Shown here in pieces: positions 20,020 to 29,991 of a stretch of DNA of 64,000 nt. The translations under genes and the position numbers were made by a program. The notes under the pieces were generated by a model that did no database searches, had not been told where the DNA came from, and saw only the letters and a list, made by a program, of their open reading frames with translations. Source of the DNA: a virus. The DNA is taken from the IMG/VR virus record IMGVR_UViG_3300043427_001127, positions 32,001-96,000 of that record; one strand, written 5' to 3'. How positions within the stretch are numbered: the stretch's first letter is position 1; the number at the start of each line of letters is the position of its first letter.

Positions 20020-20709
20020 ATGACGCTAGAAAATAAAAATTTTTCGGTTAAAAATGGTTTATCCATTATCAATACTGAGGTTATCAGTATTGACCGAAAG
20101 CTAAGAAATCTCACATTTGATAGCGCAGATTCTAATACGTTAAAGTTAAGTGGCAATCAACTTGTCGCTACTGCTGGTTCTGCAACCATTACCATACCAA
20201 ACTCTACTGATACTTTAGTAGCAAGAAATACCACGGATACTCTAAAGAATAAAACTTTAGACGATTTTTATGCCATTGGCACAATGATCGTAAACGGTTC
20301 TGGTGGTAACGAGGGACAAATCCTGAAAGCTACTGGCGATGGGATGACGTGGGCAGACACATTTAATGGTCTTCCTAGATATGTTCCATATGATTCTGAT
20401 TTTAATGCAGAATCACAAGGATTATATTTGGTAGATACATCAGATAATACTATAGAAATAACTTTACCAGATACTAGTGCAATTGATCCTTCTACAGGAT
20501 TGCCTGTGGTAGAAGATGGAGAAGGTATTGAGTTTATTGATGCTAAAGGAACTTGGGGTATAAATTTTGTAAGATTGATTCCCGCAAATAGTTCTGCTTC
20601 TTTTATTAACTTAGCAAACATTGAAGATAATGAATATGTTTTTGATTTATCTAACGCTATTGTTAGAGTAGTTTGGGATGGTCAATATTGGAGAGTATTC
20701 CCAAGATAG
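20020..20709 (+). CDS. Short fibre/baseplate protein with a T4 gp9/gp10-like C-terminal domain
   Basis: 229 aa; KNFSVKNGL start, TDTLKNKTL motif, YLVDTS...ITLP...G..IEFIDAKGTW. Confidence 0.7.
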   Translation: MTLENKNFSVKNGLSIINTEVISIDRKLRNLTFDSADSNTLKLSGNQLVATAGSATITIPNSTDTLVARNTTDTLKNKTLDDFYAIGTMIVNGSGGNEGQILKATGDGMTWADTFNGLPRYVPYDSDFNAESQGLYLVDTSDNTIEITLPDTSAIDPSTGLPVVEDGEGIEFIDAKGTWGINFVRLIPANSSASFINLANIEDNEYVFDLSNAIVRVVWDGQYWRVFPR

Positions 20710-20720
20710 GAGAAAAATAA

Positions 20721-21380
20721 ATGGCACTATATTTAAGTAGTGATTTATCTGGTTCTGGTAGTAGCAGCGGCGGTGGTGGAAGTGGAGATATTAGTAGTGT
20801 AATAAGAACCACTACTAGTTGGTATTTTCATGCACTTAGAAGAGATTCTGAAGGTATGTTGTATTACAATACACTAAGACCCACAGATGAAGGAACCATT
20901 GATGTTTTCAACGAAGAAAACACACAGTTGTCTGATTTACTTGATGGAGTAGATAATGTTGACGCAAAAGCACCTGTTCTTAGACTGAAACTTATTACAG
21001 GAGGAACTAAGTTAGCGTCAGAAGCAAATGAAACATATGTAGTTAATGGATTAGTATCCAATAAAAAAGGAAAAAATTTATCAGTTTCTATAACAAGAGA
21101 TTCTGATGGGGTTATTAGTGACATTAATGTAACTAATGGTGGCGAAGATTTTGGCGTGGGTGATGAGATTATTGTTTCTTCCACTTTTATAAAAGAAGAA
21201 TCATCTCAATCAGATTTACATTTATATGTTGATGAGTTGGTAAAAACATATTCAAACTCCCCATCTGATAAATATCAACAGTATAGATTTGATGCGAGAA
21301 AAATCTCTTACTATATCGATGATCAAGGTTATTTGGTTGCCAAGTTCGGAAACCATGATTATTCACAATCACCACGTTAA
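20721..21380 (+). CDS. Conserved cyanomyovirus virion protein
   Basis: 219 aa; FHALRRD.EGMLYY...KYQQYRFD...YYIDD.GYLVA. Confidence 0.7.
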   Translation: MALYLSSDLSGSGSSSGGGGSGDISSVIRTTTSWYFHALRRDSEGMLYYNTLRPTDEGTIDVFNEENTQLSDLLDGVDNVDAKAPVLRLKLITGGTKLASEANETYVVNGLVSNKKGKNLSVSITRDSDGVISDINVTNGGEDFGVGDEIIVSSTFIKEESSQSDLHLYVDELVKTYSNSPSDKYQQYRFDARKISYYIDDQGYLVAKFGNHDYSQSPR

Positions 21381-21397
21381 TCTCAGGAAGTATAAAA

Positions 21398-24300
21398 ATG
21401 GCTGAATTTAGATTAGGTAGACTAAAGTTCAACTGGACTGGCGAATGGCAACCAAACCGCGCCTATGTTCTGGACGATATTATCTCATTCAGAGGTAATA
21501 CTTACGTTTGTGTGGTTAACCACACTTCTACTGGTTCAGTAGAGCAATGGGAAGATGTTGATCTCAACGCAAGTACACCAAGATGGGAACTATATGTTCC
21601 TGGTATTAGAAATGCTGGTTCTTGGCAACCAAATACTTTCTACGCTAAAAATGATCTTGTGCGTTATGGTGGCAATATTTACATTTGTAAAGACAACCAC
21701 ACTTCACCATCCGACCAAAATCTTTTTTACCTAACAAACTTTGCTGGTAACTGGGATCTTTTTTATAACGGCACAGAAAACAAAGGAACTTGGCAGCAAA
21801 ACACTTGGTATAAAGTCAATGATCTTGTTAAGTATGGAAACAATATTTACCTATGCAATCTAGGTCATACTTCAACGACAGCATTTGATATTACTAAGTT
21901 TACTCTTTACTTAGAATCAGTAAAGTTTGAAGATAGTTGGGATTCGAGTACGGAATATCAACCTGGGGACATCGTTCTTTTTGGTGGTTATTCATATACC
22001 GCAAAAACTATTAATACTGACAAACAACCAAACAACTATGTTAGCACCGATTGGGAAGTAATCAGTATTGGTTTTGATTCAAAAGGTGTTTATAATCCAG
22101 CAACCATTTACGTTCCTGGGGATGTAGTTCGTTTTGGTGGAAACACATTCGTTAAAATGCTTACGAGTGTAGCGGGGATTGCTCCAAATGAATCAGGAGA
22201 TGGTGCGTTAAAATGGAGTTTAATCTCGGAAGGTTTATCTTATAAAGGTGATTGGGATGACCAAACAACATATCAAAAGAACGATGTAATCACCCTAGCT
22301 TCTAGTACTTATGTAAGCATTGCTTACAATAACTTAGGAAGAGATCCTGGAACCAATGATGCAGATGGATTCTGGTCTGTAGTTGCGAGGGGCGATGAAG
22401 AAAGTACAATCACAACAAAAGGTGATCTTCTCTACAGAGCGAATGCTACCAACGCAAGATTGCCCATAGGAGATCCTGGTCAGATTCTCTATGCTACAGA
22501 AAATGGTATTCCTGGGTGGGGTAATGCAAAAACCAGAAAAGTTTATTTTGTAAACTTAGATGGCGTTGATGATTTTTCTGATGGTTATGGCGGTTCTATT
22601 GGAAGAGCTTTTAGAACAGTTAAGTACGCCACTCAGATTGCTGCACAAGAAGGTTGTGACGAACAGAACCCAGCAACGATTTATGTAAAAGCTGGTGTAT
22701 ACGACGAAGAGTGTCCTATTACGGTTCCACCATATTGTTCTGTTGTTGGTGACGACAGTAGAGGAACTATTATCGAGCCAGGTCCAGGTTTAAGTAAGAT
22801 TCAAAGATTAATCATTGATTCAACATGTTTATTAAAGCCAGGAGATACACTGACTGTTGATACATTAGCAGGGGCAACCAGAACTGCAAGAGTTCTTCAC
22901 TTTGCTGATACTGACGCTACCCCCGTGGGCAGCGGAGAATCAAATCGCAAAAAAATGGTTTATGTTGAAACCATTGCTGGTGGTCCTATTATCGATACAG
23001 ATACTTTCTTAAACGGTACTGATTTAGGAACAGCACCTGAAGTAAATATCATTTCTGTTGAAAATCTAAATAACACCAAAGCAACTCTATTCTTCCTTTC
23101 GGAAGGTGTGATGCTCAAGGATCTTGTATTCAACAACCCAGACCCCGATGCTGGTTTTGTTATGCCAGATACAACTGGATTGACAATCGAGGAAGAAATA
23201 ACAAACAAACTTGCTGATATCACACAATGTCAGGTTGGGTTCGTTTTCTGGAGAATCAATCCATTCCTGGTATCACAGAATATTATTAAGAGTCCTTATA
23301 TTTACAGTTGTGCGGCATACTCATTTAAAGGTGTTGGCGCTATTGTAGATGGTTCTGTCAATGAAGGAAAAGATCACCCATCTCACTTTGCTTCTGGTCA
23401 CCAAAGCTTACTATTTGGCAACGTAACACAGTTCCCAGAAATGGGTGTTGCGATTTGGTGTAAGGACAATGGAAACTCAGAAATTGTTTCTTGCTTTACT
23501 TACTACGCTCATATTGGTTATGCTTGCTCTGGTGGTGCTCGTATGCGCTCTCTCGGTGGAAACAACTCTTGGGGTAACTATGGTTGTTCTGCAAGAGGAT
23601 TTGACCCAACCGAGATTCCACTTGAAGCAACTATTCGTGGCACAGAATTAAACTTCTATAATGATGCCACAACAGCAGTTGCGACAGCGACTGTTAATGG
23701 TAACTTAGTACTAGGAACTATTGCTCAATCTGGAAAGATTAATGGAGATTTCCAAGTAGGTTCTATTATTTCTAACGAAGGATCGGCAAATAATACTAGT
23801 ATTACTGGTGTTGTAGGAAATGGAACAACTGCCACTGTTTCATTTGCCACTAAACCATTTAATCCTTATGTAGTTGGTAAGCAAATTACAATCAGTGGTG
23901 TATCCAATAGTGCTTTTAATGGCACATTTACTGTTACTGGTATTGTTGGCACAGATGGTGTTATTACTGGTGTGCAGTTTGCATCCACTACTACTGCTAC
24001 TTTAGGTGCTGGTGGTACTGTTAGACCTGCATTGGGTAAGGCAAGAGTTCTTTATGTTCTCGCTGGAAATGATTATACTAAAGTTCTTATCGAACCAATC
24101 ACAGGATTTATCGGTGACGGTCAAAGATGTGCTCAGATTACAGGATCAGATCCAAACAATCCACCTCCAGTAAATATTCCAGAAGCATCTACTGTTATTG
24201 AAAATAGCGAGTTCCCATCCACATCTCCAAGTGAAAGTGCTGCAAACAGAGCAACAAGAGGTGCTAAGTTTGCTGTTATTAATCTACCAGAAAAACCAAA

Positions 24301-26713
24301 GATTACTAGTGCAGTAACATTTTCTGATAGTGTTGATGGTATTAACTATGTTATTCAAGAAATTGAAAACTACAGTGATGGTCCATCAGCTACATTTAAA
24401 GTTCTTGACGTAACAAGAACAGCAAGTTTAGAAAATACTGTAGTAACTATTCCTATTGCCAAAACTGGAACATTTCCAACTGGTGTTAATAGACCCGCTG
24501 AAACACATGTAGGTGGAACTGATATTACACTGTATAGTTTATTGACAGGAACAAATAATCAAGTTCTTATTGATAATCCTGGTCAGTTATTAACTTCAAC
24601 TTCAGCAACTAACATTAATATTTTAAATCCAGAAAGAGTAACAGCAGCTCTTGCTACATACAATACTGCATCAACAACTCTTTATCTACTAGTAGGTAAT
24701 GAGTTAATGCTACCAACAGCAGTTGTAGATGATCAGTTTAATAGCTATGTAACTGTTGTAAGAGCACAAGAGGGAACTATTGCCCAAGAGCACGCCGACC
24801 AAGACTCACCAAACTTTCCACAAAACGCTGTAGTTAGATTTGTAGTTAAATACACTCCAGTAACTACATTAAGACAAGACTCAACAAATCTTTCTAACGT
24901 TCTTTCATACAGTTCTTTAACTGGAAATGGTGGTCTTCCTGTATTCTCATTCACAGACCAAGAAGGAGTAGCAACGAAAACAATTAATGAAAATGATTTT
25001 ATTAAGATCGACAATGAGTTTTTCAGAGTAGATCTGAAGACTTCAACTAATCCTGGAACCGCAATCTTAACATTCTTCCCCGTTAAGTCTGTGTCGGAAG
25101 GAAGTGGCAATCGTCTTCAGATTCGTTATCGTTACAGTCAGATTCGTCTAACTGGTCACGACATGCTTGAGATTGGCACTGGTGGTATTGCTACAACCAA
25201 CTTCCCAGATGAACCTACTATCAGACCAGATGAAACCAAAGAAACCAACTTCATCGCTCCAGCTAGAATTTATTATGTAACTACCAACCAAGATGGTAAC
25301 TTCAAGGTAGGACAGTTCTTCAAGATTGACCAGGCAACTGGTAGATCTACAATCGATGCATCCGCTTTTGACTTGACTGGACTATCAAACCTACAGTTTG
25401 CTTTAGCCGATGGAACTAAGGTTGGCGTTGAAGTCACCAAGTTTGATGCTGATGCCACTTTAGGTGGTTCTGAAAGTAGCGATTCTTTCGTTCCCACGCA
25501 AAAAGCAGTTAAAACATATGTTGACAGTAACTTTATTAGTTCAAACCAAGATATTACAGTTGGTTCTGAAGCCGTAAATAAAAACTTAACAGTAAATGGA
25601 AACAGTACTGTTAGTGGTGATATGATTATTGGTGGAAGTTTACAAGTTAGCGGAACGACAACCAGTATCAACACCACTGAACTAATCGTGGAAGATGTAA
25701 ACGTCATTCTTGCTGGTGGAAACGTCACTGGTGATTCTGCTATTCAGGGTGCTGGTTTGACTATCAAAGGAACCACAGATAAAACTATATCATATGATGG
25801 TTCTTCAACTACTGGTAGATTTAATATTAGTGAAAACCTTTTACTTGCTCCTGGAAAATATATTGCTTCGAAACCAGCAGCTACCGATGGAACAGGTGCT
25901 CTAGCAACTGAAGAAATCATGATCGATACTAATGTCAGTGGTTCCACTGGTATTGGTTTAGTATTCCCAACCATTTCCCAGTTGGATATCGGCAACGCAT
26001 CAACTGCTTTAACTATCGGTGCTACAACAGGAACGACTACAGTAAGAAATAGTTTGATTGTCCCTGCTGGTACTACCACATTAGCTCCTCTTAGATTCAC
26101 ACCAACAGCAGCAGCACTATTAACACTTCCACTTCAAGGTGGTTTTGAATATAACCAGATTGCTTTCTATGCTTCTGCGACTACTGAAGGTGGAAGAGGT
26201 ATTATCCTCGCGCCACAAATCTTAAGAGCTGCTGCTGACTTCGCTCAGACTGGAACCACAAACACAGTCAGAAACGTATTCTCAGGAACAACTCAGGATG
26301 CCGCTCCATTAAGAGCAAATACATTATACAGATTTAGAGGTTGTTATTATTTTGCTAAATCAACTACCACAAGTGGTACTTGGAACCTGCTGTTTACATT
26401 CTCAAATGCTCCAACCAACTTTAGATATAACTCAATAGGAGCAAATGGACCTTCTACAACTGCATTGTTCTTCCAAAATACAACTGCAACTGGATCAACT
26501 GCTGTTACTCAAGCAGTAACTGTCACAACTGATTGTGCGATAAGATTTGAAGGTTACTTCGTATCAAACGCAACAACTGGCGGAACATTAACTCCTCAGT
26601 TTAACAAGAGTGATACTGCTAACGCAACTGTAAATACTCGCACCAACTCATACTTTGAGATTCAAGCTATGGGTCCAGCTAACCCATCGATTATTGCTGG
26701 TACTTGGAGTTGA
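21398..26713 (+). CDS. Tail fibre/spike with six CBM5/12-like repeats, a beta-helix region and a C-terminal head
   Basis: 1771 aa; six W/Y....Y...D.V...G..Y.C-type repeats; AFRTVKYA...IYVKAGVY.E...VVGD pectin-lyase-like opener. Confidence 0.8.
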   Translation: MAEFRLGRLKFNWTGEWQPNRAYVLDDIISFRGNTYVCVVNHTSTGSVEQWEDVDLNASTPRWELYVPGIRNAGSWQPNTFYAKNDLVRYGGNIYICKDNHTSPSDQNLFYLTNFAGNWDLFYNGTENKGTWQQNTWYKVNDLVKYGNNIYLCNLGHTSTTAFDITKFTLYLESVKFEDSWDSSTEYQPGDIVLFGGYSYTAKTINTDKQPNNYVSTDWEVISIGFDSKGVYNPATIYVPGDVVRFGGNTFVKMLTSVAGIAPNESGDGALKWSLISEGLSYKGDWDDQTTYQKNDVITLASSTYVSIAYNNLGRDPGTNDADGFWSVVARGDEESTITTKGDLLYRANATNARLPIGDPGQILYATENGIPGWGNAKTRKVYFVNLDGVDDFSDGYGGSIGRAFRTVKYATQIAAQEGCDEQNPATIYVKAGVYDEECPITVPPYCSVVGDDSRGTIIEPGPGLSKIQRLIIDSTCLLKPGDTLTVDTLAGATRTARVLHFADTDATPVGSGESNRKKMVYVETIAGGPIIDTDTFLNGTDLGTAPEVNIISVENLNNTKATLFFLSEGVMLKDLVFNNPDPDAGFVMPDTTGLTIEEEITNKLADITQCQVGFVFWRINPFLVSQNIIKSPYIYSCAAYSFKGVGAIVDGSVNEGKDHPSHFASGHQSLLFGNVTQFPEMGVAIWCKDNGNSEIVSCFTYYAHIGYACSGGARMRSLGGNNSWGNYGCSARGFDPTEIPLEATIRGTELNFYNDATTAVATATVNGNLVLGTIAQSGKINGDFQVGSIISNEGSANNTSITGVVGNGTTATVSFATKPFNPYVVGKQITISGVSNSAFNGTFTVTGIVGTDGVITGVQFASTTTATLGAGGTVRPALGKARVLYVLAGNDYTKVLIEPITGFIGDGQRCAQITGSDPNNPPPVNIPEASTVIENSEFPSTSPSESAANRATRGAKFAVINLPEKPKITSAVTFSDSVDGINYVIQEIENYSDGPSATFKVLDVTRTASLENTVVTIPIAKTGTFPTGVNRPAETHVGGTDITLYSLLTGTNNQVLIDNPGQLLTSTSATNINILNPERVTAALATYNTASTTLYLLVGNELMLPTAVVDDQFNSYVTVVRAQEGTIAQEHADQDSPNFPQNAVVRFVVKYTPVTTLRQDSTNLSNVLSYSSLTGNGGLPVFSFTDQEGVATKTINENDFIKIDNEFFRVDLKTSTNPGTAILTFFPVKSVSEGSGNRLQIRYRYSQIRLTGHDMLEIGTGGIATTNFPDEPTIRPDETKETNFIAPARIYYVTTNQDGNFKVGQFFKIDQATGRSTIDASAFDLTGLSNLQFALADGTKVGVEVTKFDADATLGGSESSDSFVPTQKAVKTYVDSNFISSNQDITVGSEAVNKNLTVNGNSTVSGDMIIGGSLQVSGTTTSINTTELIVEDVNVILAGGNVTGDSAIQGAGLTIKGTTDKTISYDGSSTTGRFNISENLLLAPGKYIASKPAATDGTGALATEEIMIDTNVSGSTGIGLVFPTISQLDIGNASTALTIGATTGTTTVRNSLIVPAGTTTLAPLRFTPTAAALLTLPLQGGFEYNQIAFYASATTEGGRGIILAPQILRAAADFAQTGTTNTVRNVFSGTTQDAAPLRANTLYRFRGCYYFAKSTTTSGTWNLLFTFSNAPTNFRYNSIGANGPSTTALFFQNTTATGSTAVTQAVTVTTDCAIRFEGYFVSNATTGGTLTPQFNKSDTANATVNTRTNSYFEIQAMGPANPSIIAGTWS

Positions 26714-26731
26714 TAAATAAATAACATGATT

Positions 26732-26766
26732 TATAAATACCTCTAGGAAACTAGAGGTATTTTTTT
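26732..26766 (+). promoter_or_regulatory. Late promoter overlapping a terminator/RBS hairpin before gp13
   Basis: TATAAATA 26732-26739; AAATACCTCTAG-gaaa-CTAGAGGTATTT plus T-run. Confidence 0.75.
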
Positions 26767-27591
26767 ATGGCTAAACCAGCCACAAGAGAAGAGTTAAAAG
26801 AGTATTGCCTCAGAAAACTTGGTGCTCCTATATTAGAAATCAACGTAGATGATGATCAACTAGAAGATCTAATCGATGATGCTTTGCAGTATTTTAATGA
26901 ACGTCATTTTGACGGCATGGAAAAACTTTATCTAAAACATAAGTTTACTGCAGAAGAACTGGAAAGATTTAGAGAAGGCAATACTATTCACACATCAGAA
27001 GATGGCAGTGAGTGGGAAGAGAGAAATAACTATATTGAACTTCCAGATCATATCATTGGAATCGAGAGAGTATTTTCTTTATCAATGACAGCTCTTCGTT
27101 CTGACTTTTTTGGTTTTGGAAACCAATATTTTCTAATGGACATGTTTTCTTTGAACTCTGGATATTCTCTGGGTAATGTTGACCTAGTTAACTATTACAT
27201 GTTTAAACAATATTTTGAAACTTTGGACATGGTTTTAAACAGTGGGGCGATTATTCAATGTCGTTTCACAAAAAGAAACGGAAAACTTTTTATTGATTAC
27301 AATCCAAAAGTTTTACAAGAAGATAACTATTTCATTGTTGAATGTCATCGTCTTTTAAATCCAACTGATTCTCCAAAGATATGGAATGATTGGTTTTTGA
27401 AAAGATATGTCACTGCACTATTCAAGAAACAGTGGGGGCAAAATCTAATCAAGTTTAACAATGTTCAACTTCCTGGTGGCGTTCAAATCAACGGTCGTCA
27501 AATTTTTGAAGATGCTATCAGAGAAATAGATGAAATCGAATCTAAGATGATTAGCGACTACGAACTTCCACCTCTCGATGCAATAGGATAA
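26767..27591 (+). CDS. gp13: Neck protein gp13
   Basis: ELKEYCLRKLGAPILEINV...QWGQNLIKF..VQLPGGV.ING; synteny. Confidence 0.95.
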   Translation: MAKPATREELKEYCLRKLGAPILEINVDDDQLEDLIDDALQYFNERHFDGMEKLYLKHKFTAEELERFREGNTIHTSEDGSEWEERNNYIELPDHIIGIERVFSLSMTALRSDFFGFGNQYFLMDMFSLNSGYSLGNVDLVNYYMFKQYFETLDMVLNSGAIIQCRFTKRNGKLFIDYNPKVLQEDNYFIVECHRLLNPTDSPKIWNDWFLKRYVTALFKKQWGQNLIKFNNVQLPGGVQINGRQIFEDAIREIDEIESKMISDYELPPLDAIG

Positions 27592-27592
27592 T

Positions 27593-28492
27593 ATGTCTAA
27601 GAGCGTATATTTTCCACAATACGGTGGTGTAAATACCGAACAGAATCTGGTACAAGATTTGGTAGACGAACAAATACACCTGTTTGGTATGGATATTTTT
27701 TATGTTCCAAAAGAAATGTTGATTGATAGATCACTTAATGATGTTATTTTAAATGAGTTTAAAGAAGCTCATCTGATAGAAATGATGCTAATCAATGTAG
27801 AAGGTTTTGGTGGATCTGGTGCTGTTGCCATGAGCAAGTTTGGATTGAAACTTTCGGATGAAGTTACATTTGCTGTATCAAAAAGAAAGTGGTCTCTTAA
27901 ACCAGATTTAATGAGTTCCACCAGTGTTCCTGGTAGACCTAATGAAGGTGATTTATTGTATGTTCCAATGACTAAAAACATCTATGAAATCAAGTTTGTA
28001 GAAAGAGAAGTTCCTTTTTATCAGTTAGGTAAAAACTATATCTTTGCCCTAACTTGTGAGTTGTTAGAAAATGCCGACAACATGTTTGATACTGGCAACC
28101 CAGAAATAGATGATCCAAAAAAAGAAAACTATGTATTTCCAGTTTATTTAAAAACTGGTGGTGTTGGCAACTACACGATTGGCGAAGAAGTTGAACAAAC
28201 ATACATAGTAGATGGTACTGCTGTTATGGTAAAAGCAACAGTTGCTGCATGGAATGCGCCATCTAGAAAACTAGATTTAACTTATGTTAATGGTGTGTTC
28301 AGACAAAATGAAGAACTCATAGGAGTAGATAGTGGTGCATCTTGGGAAGTAGATACATTCTCTACGATTGATTTTGAGATTGATGATTTTGATAATGCAC
28401 AGAATAAATATTACGAAGACAAAGCCGATGAGATTCTTGACTTTAGTGAAGGAAATCCATTTGGTGAATTTGGAGATATGGGAGTATTCTAA
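27593..28492 (+). CDS. gp14: Neck protein gp14
   Basis: EQNLVQDLVDEQI..FG...SKFGL...RPNEGDLLY.P...PFYQLGK...FSEGNPFG. Confidence 0.95.
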   Translation: MSKSVYFPQYGGVNTEQNLVQDLVDEQIHLFGMDIFYVPKEMLIDRSLNDVILNEFKEAHLIEMMLINVEGFGGSGAVAMSKFGLKLSDEVTFAVSKRKWSLKPDLMSSTSVPGRPNEGDLLYVPMTKNIYEIKFVEREVPFYQLGKNYIFALTCELLENADNMFDTGNPEIDDPKKENYVFPVYLKTGGVGNYTIGEEVEQTYIVDGTAVMVKATVAAWNAPSRKLDLTYVNGVFRQNEELIGVDSGASWEVDTFSTIDFEIDDFDNAQNKYYEDKADEILDFSEGNPFGEFGDMGVF

Positions 28493-29289
28493 TGTTAGGT
28501 CAGTATTATTATCACGAGATTATAAAGAAAAACGTCAAAGCATTTGGCACACTTTTTAATAATATTCAAATTGTTAAACGTGATCCAGATACAGGAGAAG
28601 TTATACGTCAAGAAAAAGTTCCTCTCGCGTATGGTCCTAAGAGTAAGTTTCTAGCTCGTTTAGAACAGGATCCAAACACAGAAAGAAAAGTCAGCGTTAC
28701 TATGCCTCGCATCTCATTTGAGATGACTGACATTACATATGACGCCCAAAGAAAAACTTCACCTATTCAAAAATATAAAGTAAATGATGATGGAGAGAAT
28801 GTAAAAGTTCAGTTTATGCCTGTTCCATATAATCTTCGTTTTGAACTAGGTATTCTATCAAAAACTCAGGATGATGCTCTACAGATTCTAGAGCAGATTC
28901 TACCATTTTTTCAACCATCATTCAACGTTACTGTTATGATGATTCCAGAAATGGAAGAGAAAAAAGATTTACCAGTTATTTTAAATGGCATTTCATATGA
29001 AGATGACTATGAAGATGATATGATGAGAAGAAGAAGTATAACATATACTTTAGATTTCACATTAAAAACTTACATGTACGGTCCAGTTACTGATGCCGCT
29101 ATCATCAGAAAAGCAACGGTATTTGAAAGTCTCGGTGATTACCAAGAGCATAGAAGGATTCTTCGTTATGACGTGGAAGCGTCAGCACTAGAAGATAAAA
29201 ATAATGATGGTGTTGTTGATAACTTAGATGATCAACTATTAATGCCAGACGATGACTTTGGATTTAATGAAGGTATTGAACTACTATGA
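28492..29289 (+). CDS. gp15: Tail sheath stabiliser/completion protein gp15
   Basis: FGTLFNNI...VPLAYGPK.KFLARL...PRISFE...QILEQILPFFQP. Confidence 0.95.
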   Translation: MLGQYYYHEIIKKNVKAFGTLFNNIQIVKRDPDTGEVIRQEKVPLAYGPKSKFLARLEQDPNTERKVSVTMPRISFEMTDITYDAQRKTSPIQKYKVNDDGENVKVQFMPVPYNLRFELGILSKTQDDALQILEQILPFFQPSFNVTVMMIPEMEEKKDLPVILNGISYEDDYEDDMMRRRSITYTLDFTLKTYMYGPVTDAAIIRKATVFESLGDYQEHRRILRYDVEASALEDKNNDGVVDNLDDQLLMPDDDFGFNEGIELL

Positions 29290-29693
29290 GCAAGTTTGAA
29301 GATAACATGGAAGAGATTTTTGATATAGCACCGATTGAACAAACAACTGAAATGATTACACAAGCAAACAGTGAAGTCAGTGTTGATGCCAACAAGGATT
29401 ATGAATACACCAGGGGTGAGCTGTATAGACTCATATCACAGGGTCAGGAGGCGGTGCAAGGTGCCTTAGAGGTCGCGCAGGAGTCGGGGCACCCTAGAGC
29501 GTATGAGGTCGCTGTGAACGCTATGAAGCAGGTCTCAGACATGACTGATAAGTTGATCGACCTCCAACACAAGATGAAAAATCTAGGTAAAGAAGATAAA
29601 AAATCAACACCAACCACAGTCAATAACACAATGTTTATTGGCACCACGGCAGATCTTCAAAAGATGATTAAAGATGCTGCCAAGAATAAATAG
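29286..29693 (+). CDS. gp16: Terminase small subunit gp16
   Basis: DYEYTRG.LY.LI..GQEA...A.ES.HPRAYEV...NNTMFIGTTADLQKM. Confidence 0.95.
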   Translation: MSKFEDNMEEIFDIAPIEQTTEMITQANSEVSVDANKDYEYTRGELYRLISQGQEAVQGALEVAQESGHPRAYEVAVNAMKQVSDMTDKLIDLQHKMKNLGKEDKKSTPTTVNNTMFIGTTADLQKMIKDAAKNK

Positions 29694-29712
29694 AAAATAA
29701 ACGGTAAATAAG

Positions 29713-29991
29713 ATGAGGATTAAGATTCTTGCTGAAGCGGAAACGCTTACAACAACTCCAAGTGATATTAGTAAAGCAACCGATGTGTATCTTTACAACA
29801 CACATTCAGATTTAACCGCAGAAGCTTCAACCAGAACAGTTTCTCTATATGAATCAGATGGCACTACGGTGGTTGGTAGTTTTGCTTTAACTGTTGGCAT
29901 TCCTGTTATTATTAATAAAGATGCTGCTCAAAAGATTAAAGTTGACAGCACTGATAATGTCTCAGCTACTAAAGTTGCGTACCTAGGATAA
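29713..29991 (+). CDS. Hypothetical protein
   Basis: 92-aa ORF preceded by the late-promoter-like AATAAATA (29685-29692); coupled to the next gene. Confidence 0.7.
   Translation: MRIKILAEAETLTTTPSDISKATDVYLYNTHSDLTAEASTRTVSLYESDGTTVVGSFALTVGIPVIINKDAAQKIKVDSTDNVSATKVAYLG

Noticed and set aside
12609-26100. Minus-strand ORFs of 70-160 aa opposite the fibre genes
   Set aside because: Pro/Val/Ala-rich antisense shadows of Gly/Thr/Ser codons
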